Positions 33,257 through 41,628 of a DNA stretch of 64,000 nt are shown one piece after another. This DNA comes from Synechococcus sp. (lineage in GTDB: Bacteria > Cyanobacteriota > Cyanobacteriia > PCC-6307 > Cyanobiaceae): NCBI GenBank assembly GCA_047285535.1, contig JBJBDC010000001.1, forward strand, positions 2,240,136-2,304,135, given 5' to 3'. Position numbers and translations under genes: made by a program. Numbering within the stretch: position 1 is the first letter of the stretch; each line of letters opens with the position of its first letter. Below the pieces are notes generated by a model. That model worked only from the letters and a program-made list of their open reading frames with translations, searched no databases and was not told the origin of the DNA.

Positions 33257-34357
33257 TCAGTTGCTTATTGCGCCAGATGCTTGTATGTATGAACCAATCT
33301 TTTTGCTGCCACTAGGATTTGTGTGGATGAAGTCGTATACGTCTTCTGGGCCAAGAATATTTTTAAGATACATGGGTAAGACAACTACTTTCTCTGTTGA
33401 GGGAAGTGTTTTTAGCGCTTCATCTTGAGTGGCATATATAGTAGCGAGTTTGTTGCATATGGTACCAGTAGAATCTCTGTTGGGATGAATATCTGTCCCG
33501 TAATATTTGGATTTGAATATGCATCCAGGCGCTTGCTGCTGAACAAGTATAATTTTTGCCCTCGGAAAATTATTCCTTGTCTGCGTAATTAATTCAAAGA
33601 AAATTTGCTTGTAATTGGAATAATTAATTGAGAAATCTCCTGAGAATTTCTTTCCGTCGTTAGGGCTTAAAAAGTTGGAACTTGTCCTTCCATGCATTGC
33701 AAGTGATACTTTCTTTCTCTCTTCATTCGTTTTGAACATTCTTGAAGTTGATTTATATATATTTAAGAGTCGTGGGTAGAAAAAGGAATATGTAGACAGG
33801 AATCCTTTGATGAAACTTGAAATATTCTGAGGTTTGTCATAAGCATTTAAGTCGTCCTCTAGAAGTCTTGGATCGTTGACCCCGAGATAAAAAATAATCA
33901 TGCTGACCATTTCCTGGTTCAGAGATGTTGAGTGCCAAGAATTAATTGAGGCAAGGTGTCCATATGTCGACTGACCATCCACTCCTCCGTTGATGAAATC
34001 ATAAGAGGGAAATTCTTTGTCCAAATAATCTTGCCAAGTCTCACCATCAGTGATGTAGCGCTGGTCAGTAGTAGAACCTCCTATCGTTAAAATTATTTTT
34101 TTTCTTGAATTCTTATCTTTGCCCCTGTATCCATCTTTGTCACGAGTATATGAAATTTTAACTGGATTACTGGATCCATATAGGTTGCGGGCATCGTAAT
34201 GAATGGTTTTATCTTTGATTAAACCTGGAATGGTTGCCGGTGGGTTTCTACGAGTCACTAGGTTTTTCCAGTCGCCAATAAACAATTCAATTAGTGCCAA
34301 TAATAACGCAAAGAAAAGAATGTTCAGCGAAAGGACTTTAGTGTGTGCTGATTTCAT
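33257..34357 (-). CDS. SGNH/GDSL hydrolase family protein with N-terminal membrane anchor
   Basis: Block I IGGSTT, block II INGGVDGQST, block III YLGVND and block V DFIH. Confidence 0.8.
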   Translation of the reverse strand: MKSAHTKVLSLNILFFALLLALIELFIGDWKNLVTRRNPPATIPGLIKDKTIHYDARNLYGSSNPVKISYTRDKDGYRGKDKNSRKKIILTIGGSTTDQRYITDGETWQDYLDKEFPSYDFINGGVDGQSTYGHLASINSWHSTSLNQEMVSMIIFYLGVNDPRLLEDDLNAYDKPQNISSFIKGFLSTYSFFYPRLLNIYKSTSRMFKTNEERKKVSLAMHGRTSSNFLSPNDGKKFSGDFSINYSNYKQIFFELITQTRNNFPRAKIILVQQQAPGCIFKSKYYGTDIHPNRDSTGTICNKLATIYATQDEALKTLPSTEKVVVLPMYLKNILGPEDVYDFIHTNPSGSKKIGSYIQASGAISN

Positions 34358-34361
34358 TTGC

Positions 34362-34523
34362 TTAAAAAATCGAATAAATGAATGGCGCTACAACTGATCC
34401 CTGGGTAAACACTATGAGCGCTCCCATAAGGAGAATTGTGATGATCAAGGGTGCCAACCAGTACTTTTTGCGAACTTTCAGAAAGTCCCAGATCTCTTTG
34501 ATGAGATCAAGAAATGCTTCCAT
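34362..34523 (-). CDS. SxtK-like (DUF5989) small membrane protein, 53 aa, absent from the ORF track
   Basis: MEAFLDLIKEIWDFLKVRKKYWLAPLIITILLMGALIVFTQGSVVAPFIYSIF*; RKKxWLxP..APFIY pattern; fills the operon gap. Confidence 0.88.
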   Translation of the reverse strand: MEAFLDLIKEIWDFLKVRKKYWLAPLIITILLMGALIVFTQGSVVAPFIYSIF

Positions 34524-34526
34524 GGT

Positions 34527-34925
34527 TCAAAAGGTGCGGGTGAGGTCAGTGCGATGGTCTTGGCAGTTTTCTCTGTAAGTTTTCTCACCTTTTCGCCGTC
34601 TTCTTAATGGGTCATATCCAGTAAGGCGCATGACATAAGCGATGGGTTGAAGAACAACAATGAACACAAGACCCAGGATGACGTGACTGTTAACCCATCC
34701 AAGAGCGTGTCCTAGTGACATCCAAACCTTATAAGGGTAGTGAAGTAGGCGGGGTTCTGTAAGGCCAAGGATCAATCCTGGAATCCCTACCCATACAGTC
34801 CATGCTCTGAATTCATGTCCGAAGAGTGAAGGGAGTAACCAACCGATAAGGATGGGGAATCCAAATCCGATAAGCAGTCCGAACTCGCGAAGTTGTTTTC
34901 GGGAAATTGTTTCTTTCATGATCAA
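34527..34925 (-). CDS. SxtJ-like membrane protein
   Basis: LREFG, WMSLGHALGWVNS and GYDPLRR patterns; overlaps the carbamoyltransferase stop by 4 bp. Confidence 0.82.
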   Translation of the reverse strand: MIMKETISRKQLREFGLLIGFGFPILIGWLLPSLFGHEFRAWTVWVGIPGLILGLTEPRLLHYPYKVWMSLGHALGWVNSHVILGLVFIVVLQPIAYVMRLTGYDPLRRRRKGEKTYRENCQDHRTDLTRTF

Positions 34926-36775
34926 TCGAGTTCAAACTCCTCCATCCAGGTCTCATCTTTTTCAACTTTTGGTTGTTCGCTTTTGAAAAGGATCTGGTTT
35001 TGGAGAACCAGGACATCCATTTCTGTCCTCATGAAGCATCTATAAGCATCTCGAGGTGTACAGACAATAGGTTCACCTCTCACATTGAAGGAAGTATTGA
35101 CGATGGTAGGACAACCAGTCTTTCGCTTGAAGGCACTGATTAAATTGTAATAACGGGGATTCGTTGTCTTGCTAACTGTTTGAACCCTTGCTGAATAGTC
35201 CACATGAGTGATTGCAGGCAGTGAAGATCGCGGGATATTCAGTTTTTCGATACCAAAGAGTTTGTCTTCTTCCTCTGTCATTTGCTTGCAGAGTTCTTTT
35301 TTGACTGGAGCAACCAGAAGCATGTAGGGACTCTTGGCATTCATTTCAAACTGATTGCTGACATCTTCTTCCAGAACCGATGGAGCAAAGGGACGGAAAC
35401 TCTCTCGGTACTTGATTTTGAGGTTCATCACGCTCTGCATCTTCTGATTACGCGGGTCCCCAATGATGGAGCGACCACCTAGTGCTCTTGGTCCAAACTC
35501 CATAGGACCGTTGAACCAACCAATCACATGACCTTTCTCAAGTTCTTCTGCTAGACGCTCAAATAACTCTGGATCAATATGAGTGTGGAATGGCGCATTA
35601 ATCTGTTTAAGATAGTTACTGATGTCATCGTTGCTGAACTCAGGACCCAAGTAGGTTCCTTTCATTGAGTCGTTCATGTTGACGACTCTTTCCTGTTCTT
35701 GATGTTGATGCCATCCCACCAAGGCGGCACCCAGTGCTGAACCCGCATCACCGCTGGCAGGTTGAATCCAGATGTCGTCAAAGATTTTCTCTTGAAGCAA
35801 TTTCCCATTTGCAACGCAATTCAGAGCGACGCCACCAGCAAGACAGAGATTCTTGATTCCTGTCTCTTTCCTAAGTGATCTTGCCAGTTTGAGGATGATC
35901 TCTTCTGTGACGACCTGGATCGATGCCGCCAGGTCCATGTGGAACTGGGTGAGTTCTGTTTCTCCCTTGCGTGGTGGTCTACCAAAAAGTTTGTGGAACT
36001 TCCGTCCTGTCATGCGGAATCCACGATGGTATTTGAAGTAACTAATGTCGAGGTGGAAGGTCCCGTCCTCTTTGATATCAATCAGGTTGTCCTTGATCTG
36101 ATCGACATAGTTGGGTTCTCCGTAGGGAGCAAGACCCATGAGTTTATATTCACCAGAATTCACCTTGAACCCGCAGTAGTAGGTGAATGCTGAGTAAAGA
36201 AGACCCAGGGAGTGAGGAAAACTGATTTCCCAAAGGGGTTCGATGTTCTTACCCTTACCAATCCAGGCAGAGGTGGTTGCCCACTCACCAACGCCATCCA
36301 TACAGAGGACGACTGATTCTTCCAATGGACTTGGATAAAAGGCAGCAGCAGCGTGTGAAAGATGATGTTCTGAAAAAAGCAGGTTTGGAATATGGGTTGA
36401 ATTAGTGCCGAATGATTCTTGAACTTCTTTGAGGTTCTTCTTGAGTTCATTCTTTAAAAAGAGTTTTTCCTTTAACCAGACTTGCATCGCCGCTACAAAG
36501 GATCTGCTTCCTCTTGGTGCTGCACCCAGATAAGTCTCTAGAAGACGTTCAAAGGTCAATAGAGGTTTTTCGTAGTAAACGACCTCCTTGAGGTCTGAAA
36601 GATTGATGTCCTGTGATTTCAGGCAATATGAAACGGCATTCTTTGGAAATCGTGAATCGTGCTTTTTTCTGGAGAATCGTTCTTCTTGTGCTGCTGCAAT
36701 GATTTCGCCGTTTTTTAAAAGTGCGGCAGCGCTGTCGTGGTAATAACAAGATAGTCCAAGAATATATTCATCCAT
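34922..36775 (-). CDS. O-carbamoyltransferase (NodU/CmcH/TobZ family, SxtI-like)
   Basis: YHDSAAAL, QEERFSRKKH, EHHLSHA, GEYKLMGLAPYG, AGGVALNC, EFGPRALG, KYRESFRPFAP, HVDYSAR and NTSFNVRGEP. Confidence 0.95.
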   Translation of the reverse strand: MDEYILGLSCYYHDSAAALLKNGEIIAAAQEERFSRKKHDSRFPKNAVSYCLKSQDINLSDLKEVVYYEKPLLTFERLLETYLGAAPRGSRSFVAAMQVWLKEKLFLKNELKKNLKEVQESFGTNSTHIPNLLFSEHHLSHAAAAFYPSPLEESVVLCMDGVGEWATTSAWIGKGKNIEPLWEISFPHSLGLLYSAFTYYCGFKVNSGEYKLMGLAPYGEPNYVDQIKDNLIDIKEDGTFHLDISYFKYHRGFRMTGRKFHKLFGRPPRKGETELTQFHMDLAASIQVVTEEIILKLARSLRKETGIKNLCLAGGVALNCVANGKLLQEKIFDDIWIQPASGDAGSALGAALVGWHQHQEQERVVNMNDSMKGTYLGPEFSNDDISNYLKQINAPFHTHIDPELFERLAEELEKGHVIGWFNGPMEFGPRALGGRSIIGDPRNQKMQSVMNLKIKYRESFRPFAPSVLEEDVSNQFEMNAKSPYMLLVAPVKKELCKQMTEEEDKLFGIEKLNIPRSSLPAITHVDYSARVQTVSKTTNPRYYNLISAFKRKTGCPTIVNTSFNVRGEPIVCTPRDAYRCFMRTEMDVLVLQNQILFKSEQPKVEKDETWMEEFELD

Positions 36776-36796
36776 TTAAAAAGGTATGAGTGAATA

Positions 36797-36819
36797 TGCT
36801 TGAGGTGCTTGAGATTATA
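36797..36819 (-). promoter_or_regulatory. Putative -10 box (TATAAT) and adjacent direct repeat upstream of the carbamoyltransferase operon
   Basis: ATTATA at 36814-36819 (TATAAT on the minus strand) ~40 bp before the ATG; TGCTTGAG twice at 36797 and 36806; no clear -35. Confidence 0.4.
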
Positions 36820-37398
36820 CCTTGAAAACTGCTCCCAAACTCTTTGAGACCGCCTCAACAACCATTGTGATTCCTAGATTGGTCAAGGTTTATTCGTTGC
36901 ACGCATAGTCTCAAGTCTTGCTAGGAGTTCTTCAAATCATGGTCGAAATCCTCTTCTTGAGTTCATTGTTCTTGAATAATTTTCAATTTTACTCGTTGGA
37001 TGCGTTGCTCTAGTCGATGACATCTTTGCTATCAGGGCCTGGATACCAACCCTTGTTTTTCTTCTTCAGACCGAAGATGAGCATTCCCAGAGAGATGCCA
37101 TGACCACAACGCTTCAGGAACATCTCTCCTTCTTCTGCCAACTCCTCTTGAGTCAACGCGTTGGAGACAGCAGTGATTATGTCTAACTCCGACTAAGTAC
37201 GCTACAGACTTTTAGTTCAGCGTTGGACCTCTCGTTTAGTCAATTATGAGGGACATGACTTCTAGAAAGGGTATTAAAATTGCCGCAGTAGAACTGGTTG
37301 AGAGATTTGTGAGTGATTCTGGTTCCCTTTGAGTCGTGGACGTATGGATCTCGCATCCAGTCGCTCCTTTGAGTTGTCCTCGTCAAGACGCGAGTGCA

Positions 37399-37504
37399 TC
37401 AATCAGTCGCTCTCTTTACATCGTAGTGGAAGTAGTGCTCTTTCACATACTGGATGCTTGTATCGTAGTTGTTGCCAACTGTCGCGATCGGAACACCGCT
37501 CTCT
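37399..37504 (-). pseudogene. Possible extreme C-terminal fragment of a tyrosine integrase
   Basis: ESGVPIATVGNNYDTSIQYVKEHYFHYDVKRATD resembles the GVxIxxLAxNxGTSxxxIxxHYxH end of large integrases. Confidence 0.5.
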
Positions 37505-38165
37505 TCAGATCCCAAGAGTTTTGACCATCCGTGAGACCAAAGATGGATGAAATTGGTACCACGTTCTCTTTTCATCCCAGAAGTGTTTAGTACGTTGCAG
37601 ATTCCACCCAATGACATTTCTTGGGATCTGAGGGGAATGAGAAGGTGGGAGATCTTCTGGTAGTTCTGACGATTTTTCTCCTTCTTCGCTTTTACTAGAC
37701 GATCAAGGTTCCATTGAGGGGTTCCTAACTTGACCCCTCTGTACTTTAGAGACAGGAGACCTGACTTTGATCTCTGACTAATGGAGTCTTTCTCCTGCTC
37801 AGACAGATAGGAATAGATATGGAGTTGAAATTTGGTTGAGTGTGGTAGTGAGGAGACCACCAGTTCCTAATCCTTGTCCTCCATTAGTTTTGAGACAAAA
37901 CTGACTTTTCTGGATATACGGTCGAGTTTGGAAACGATCAGGATTCCCTTTATTTGCTTGACCAGTTCAATCGACTTCAGGAGTTAAGGACGTGAGTCGT
38001 CAGAACCCGAATGAACTTCTGCGAATCTCCCAACCACCTCATAGGGAGTCTCCTGGTGGTAGGTCTCTAGGTAGTGGTTGATATCCTTCTCTTGTCCCTC
38101 TCACCCCAAACCTGGTCTACCCTGTCCCGAGTCGAGACGCGGAGGTGCTTCGAATGTTTCTTCAT
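37505..38165 (-). pseudogene. Serine recombinase (resolvase family) pseudogene
   Basis: HLRVSTR/QGRPGLG*EGQ..EVHSGSDDSRP*L..LIVSKLDRISR..*..LSEQE..ISQRSKSGL..RGVKLG../FHPSLVSRM; stops at 38101-03, 37984-86 and 37867-69 plus two frameshifts. Confidence 0.85.
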
Positions 38166-38401
38166 TGGTTCTCCTCTCCTGAAATGAAACGACCGTATTA
38201 AATAGGACAAAGATACGTTTTCTCTGCGTAGAGAACCTGTAGAGGTCGTTCAGGCTCTTCAATTGTCACAGTTTTACGAGATCTCTATGCTCCGACTCGT
38301 TTTTTGCCGTCTGTCCCCACTGCAACTGGAATTCCTCAGTTTCACTTGATCTGACCTTCTTCCGGTCTCCTTTTCCTCGCTAGACCCAGGAGATCCAATC
38401 C

Positions 38402-38416
38402 ATCGAGTGGGAATAA
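38402..38416 (+). repeat. Putative attR: copy of the guaA 3' end (ATCGAGTGGGAATAA, IEWE*)
   Basis: Direct repeat of 32322-32336; both differences are silent (ATT/ATC, TAG/TAA); lies in non-coding DNA just past the recombinase remnant. Confidence 0.7.
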
Positions 38417-38891
38417 CAGCTGAGGCTATGAGCTGAAAAGGCGTGCTTTTGTTTGCCAGCTTTGATTAGTTTTTGTGCCTTCAGTGCACCTTTGCTTGCT
38501 AATCTGTCTGTTTAAGTGGTGGATTGAACGGGGCATGAGTATTGATCAGTTACGGCTTCTTCTTCACCTAATCAAACTCCTTGATCAGCAGCCTTGAAAA
38601 AGTGAATGGAAATGAGTGCGTTTTGATGCTTCTGGTTAAGTGTTAGGAAAGAAGGTGGTGTTTGGGATAAGGCGTTAGCGATGTAATGCAAGAACTTCTG
38701 CTGTCAGATAAGTTACTTGATCATTTGGTTGTGATCTGTGTGCATAAACTGGTTCAATCTATGACCACCAAGGTATAAAATATGTAGATTTGATGATCAG
38801 TTTCTTTCCGCCGAGTCAAGCAATCCCAAGCTCCATGGCTAAGAGATAAGCCCATAAGGTTTGGAAGGTTAAAGATTAAAATCTACTTTTT

Positions 38892-39707
38892 CTATGCCCC
38901 AAGTCCTATCAATTCTACAAGTCTCAAATTGCATCCACTTTTGCAAAATACATAATTTTCGCCGCATATATAGGAGCTGCCCCAGATATCCATCGCGGAC
39001 AAATGCGTCATAATCCTTTGGAATGAGCCTGCTCGGTCGTTGTCAGGCATTTCCATGATAAACACATTTACATAGTTCAACCATTGAGTATCTCCTTGGG
39101 TAAATATAAATTCTTCTGCCCCTTCTATGTCAATTTTGAAAACGTCAATCTGCATGCCAAGCAATCCAAATTTCTTCATCAAATCAACAACGGTGTAGGC
39201 TGATACAAATACATTATTGCTTTGCTTGAAAGAATCGCTGTTCTTTGATTTGTCAACATAAAACGATTCAAAGTTTGATCCTGATAAAAGTTTAATTGAT
39301 CCAGTTTCGTGCCAAAGCGCTCCATGAACCAAGTCAACAGAGTCGTCTCCTGAAAAGTTTTCACTTAAAAGCTTGTAGTTTCTCGCAGAGGCTTCCACTG
39401 CAACAATGCGAGCTTTTGGGTTGAAGTGACGAAATCTCAAGGTCTCGTCGCCGATATTTGCTCCTATGTCAAAGATTAATTTGACATCACCTATTATTTT
39501 ATACCCAGGCTTATACATATGGCTTATGACACCTTTGTCGGATCGAGGATAAAAATAAAAAAATCTTCCATGCACAAATATGTGTTTTTTGGTGTCAGTC
39601 TTGGATAGTAAATATGAGAAGATTTTTATAGTATTAGTAATTCCTGTTTGGTTGACGCACTCAAGAAAGCGGTCGCAAAGCCGTATCGCTCTGTTGATGC
39701 GATTCAT
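38892..39707 (-). CDS. FkbM family SAM-dependent methyltransferase
   Basis: IFDIGANIG, VAVEAS and KIDIEGAE; very AT-rich. Confidence 0.9.
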   Translation of the reverse strand: MNRINRAIRLCDRFLECVNQTGITNTIKIFSYLLSKTDTKKHIFVHGRFFYFYPRSDKGVISHMYKPGYKIIGDVKLIFDIGANIGDETLRFRHFNPKARIVAVEASARNYKLLSENFSGDDSVDLVHGALWHETGSIKLLSGSNFESFYVDKSKNSDSFKQSNNVFVSAYTVVDLMKKFGLLGMQIDVFKIDIEGAEEFIFTQGDTQWLNYVNVFIMEMPDNDRAGSFQRIMTHLSAMDIWGSSYICGENYVFCKSGCNLRLVELIGLGA

Positions 39708-40120
39708 TGGAGATAAATTTTATAATTAATTATTGCATGTGCTTAATTCAAAATCAAGTGTAAAAGCTGATCTTGGCAATTGATCTTCATGCCTTTAAGC
39801 CTTGTCTTGGCTTTAATTGGCAATCCCTGGTCGTATTTCTAGGTATTTTGTTTCAATTCCTTGTCAGAGTTGTTGTCGTTTTTGTGTAAAGGTGCCGAAT
39901 AGTGGAACTCCCCTTCGGAGTGTCTTTAGAGAAGGTCTATTTTTCTGCGGTGGAGAGTGGGACCTCTTATTCAGGAATCTTTATCATTCACGTCAAGTCC
40001 CCCGGTTCTTCTGTTGATGCTAGAGAACAGTGGGTCTTCCGCTGAACCATTAGCAAGGCGCCTCATGCTTTTGCTGAGTATGAGGTTTTCCATGAGTTTT
40101 GATCACTGTGCCACATTCAT

Positions 40121-40300
40121 TTAAGGCACGATTGGGTGTTGGTTGGGCCGTTTGATTCTGTTTTCCAGTAGTTCAAGAATTGGTTGAAGCATGCAGGAAG
40201 AATCTTGCTTTGCAGGAGCTGCTTGATTCATGAGAAAGGCATGGAGCAATCGTCCAGTGTCCTCTTCTCCTTTGATGGTCAATGAGCAGTCTTTTGCCAT
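40121..40300 (-). CDS. Possible small hypothetical protein (59 aa, absent from the ORF track)
   Basis: MAKDCSLTIKGEEDTGRLLHAFLMNQAAPAKQDSSCMLQPILELLENRIKRPNQHPIVP*. Confidence 0.35.
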   Translation of the reverse strand: MAKDCSLTIKGEEDTGRLLHAFLMNQAAPAKQDSSCMLQPILELLENRIKRPNQHPIVP

Positions 40301-40601
40301 GAATCTTCTGGTTCAGTCGTTAGCAACCTTGGGGAGGCTCCAGTGGAGTCGGCAGACCCTGGGGGCGTAGACAACGACCTCTCTCAGTTATGGGTGTCGT
40401 TATTGGTCTTGATCAGTGACTTCGCTTGGCAACACGTGGTTTCACGTGAAAACTTATCTCAAGTTAAATCTTGAGAAGTGTCTCTATGACTGGGTTTCTG
40501 TTCAAACTCCGTCTGGGATCTAATCCAGTAGGAATGAGGTTGATTGAGGGGCTGGTGGATGAGCCTCAACGTCGATATCCTTAGCGCCCGGCTGCAAACC
40601 C

Positions 40602-41213
40602 TTGACCGCTGCTCAAGAGCAGGACATCCAGCTTCAGCGCCGCCTTCAGCAGGACAGCATTTTGCTTGCTGGGAAAACGATCTACATCAATCCATTCCTG
40701 TATTGGCGTCGTTTCGACAGCAATACAGATCGTTGGCTACGAGAACCAGGTCAGCTCTCTGAGGAGCAGATCGCGACCAATCGCGGTCGGTTTTATCCAG
40801 AGCTTGATTGGACATCTCTTAAGGACTCCGATCGGGAGATTAAGGATGGAGCTGTGGAGATGTTCCTCAAGAGCCTTGAGCTCATCGGGACGTTTCATCC
40901 TGAGCTCAGCTCCGGACACCTGCTTGAGGTGGAGCGGAAGATGGCGATCACCAAGAAGCGATCGTTCGAGCGCTGGGTTGAAAAGTCATACCGGCGTCGT
41001 GCCAAGCAGGAGACGCGGGAGCGACGTCGCTTTGTGCGTGACCGTTTTTGGCGGTCCTGGGGCGAGTGGCTTGCTTTAGAAGCCACTCACCACGCTTTGG
41101 CTCCAGCGGTGGCGTTATTGGTGCTTACGGGCGTTGGTGGTTGGTGGCTCGGGTCGTCAAATTCCAGTTGTCCAACACTTTTGCCTCCTACGGAGCAGAC
41201 TGGAGTTCGCTGA
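40602..41213 (+). CDS. Conserved-type hypothetical protein with C-terminal TM helix
   Basis: 203-aa ORF with core-like composition, YINPFLYWRRFD. Confidence 0.75.
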   Translation: MTAAQEQDIQLQRRLQQDSILLAGKTIYINPFLYWRRFDSNTDRWLREPGQLSEEQIATNRGRFYPELDWTSLKDSDREIKDGAVEMFLKSLELIGTFHPELSSGHLLEVERKMAITKKRSFERWVEKSYRRRAKQETRERRRFVRDRFWRSWGEWLALEATHHALAPAVALLVLTGVGGWWLGSSNSSCPTLLPPTEQTGVR

Positions 41214-41227
41214 ATTCGGTTCTGCTC

Positions 41228-41623
41228 ATGGCTGAGAGTCAACCGTTTGACACCTTGCGATTGACGTTGATGCAGGACGTATTACCCGTTGGGCTCGCTT
41301 TGGTTGAAAGAGTCCGTGCAGGTGGCCCAGGCAAGGTTATGGAAACGTTCACTTCGGGTGCGTCCGATCCTTTGCGCGAGTTGCGACATGAGGGTGAACC
41401 CGCGGCGAAAGATGTGCGTGAACGACTCGATCACTTGAGCCCAGGACTCGGTAATCCTGTGATGCCGGTGCAAGTTGCTGTGGAGGAGCCTTCATCGGAG
41501 GTACGAGATGTTCTTGACGAAGGCCGGTCTCCTGAGCAGGACGAACAGCAGTTGCATGAGGTCCTGGAGAGGATTACGCAGCGCCTTGAGGCCTTAGAGG
41601 CTCAGCTTGAGGAAGAGAGCTAA
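41228..41623 (+). CDS. Hypothetical protein
   Basis: MAESQPFD start, MQDVLPVG, PGLGNPV and C-terminal coiled coil; directly upstream of mrdA. Confidence 0.7.
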   Translation: MAESQPFDTLRLTLMQDVLPVGLALVERVRAGGPGKVMETFTSGASDPLRELRHEGEPAAKDVRERLDHLSPGLGNPVMPVQVAVEEPSSEVRDVLDEGRSPEQDEQQLHEVLERITQRLEALEAQLEEES

Positions 41624-41628
41624 AGGGT

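Larger units (their letters stand above)
32337..40540. mobile_element. Degenerate genomic island integrated at the guaA 3' end
   Basis: Drop in GC, low coding density, several recombinase remnants, duplicated guaA terminus, accessory cargo; core-type genes resume at 40602. Confidence 0.8.

Noticed and set aside
33257..36775. Saxitoxin biosynthesis cluster
   Set aside because: No sxtA, sxtG, sxtB or other core genes in the window; the I-J-K-like module alone does not imply toxin production
37399..37860. 153-aa ORF as an intact gene
   Set aside because: It is an internal piece of the serine recombinase pseudogene that frameshifts and runs into unrelated sequence
38535..38597. 20-aa ORF MSIDQLRLLLHLIKLLDQQP after attR
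   Set aside because: Too short, with no supporting signal
39955..39962. GAGTGGGA 8-mer inside the island as another att site
   Set aside because: Only 8 bp, and the same 8-mer also occurs in core regions (near 21803 and 55893)
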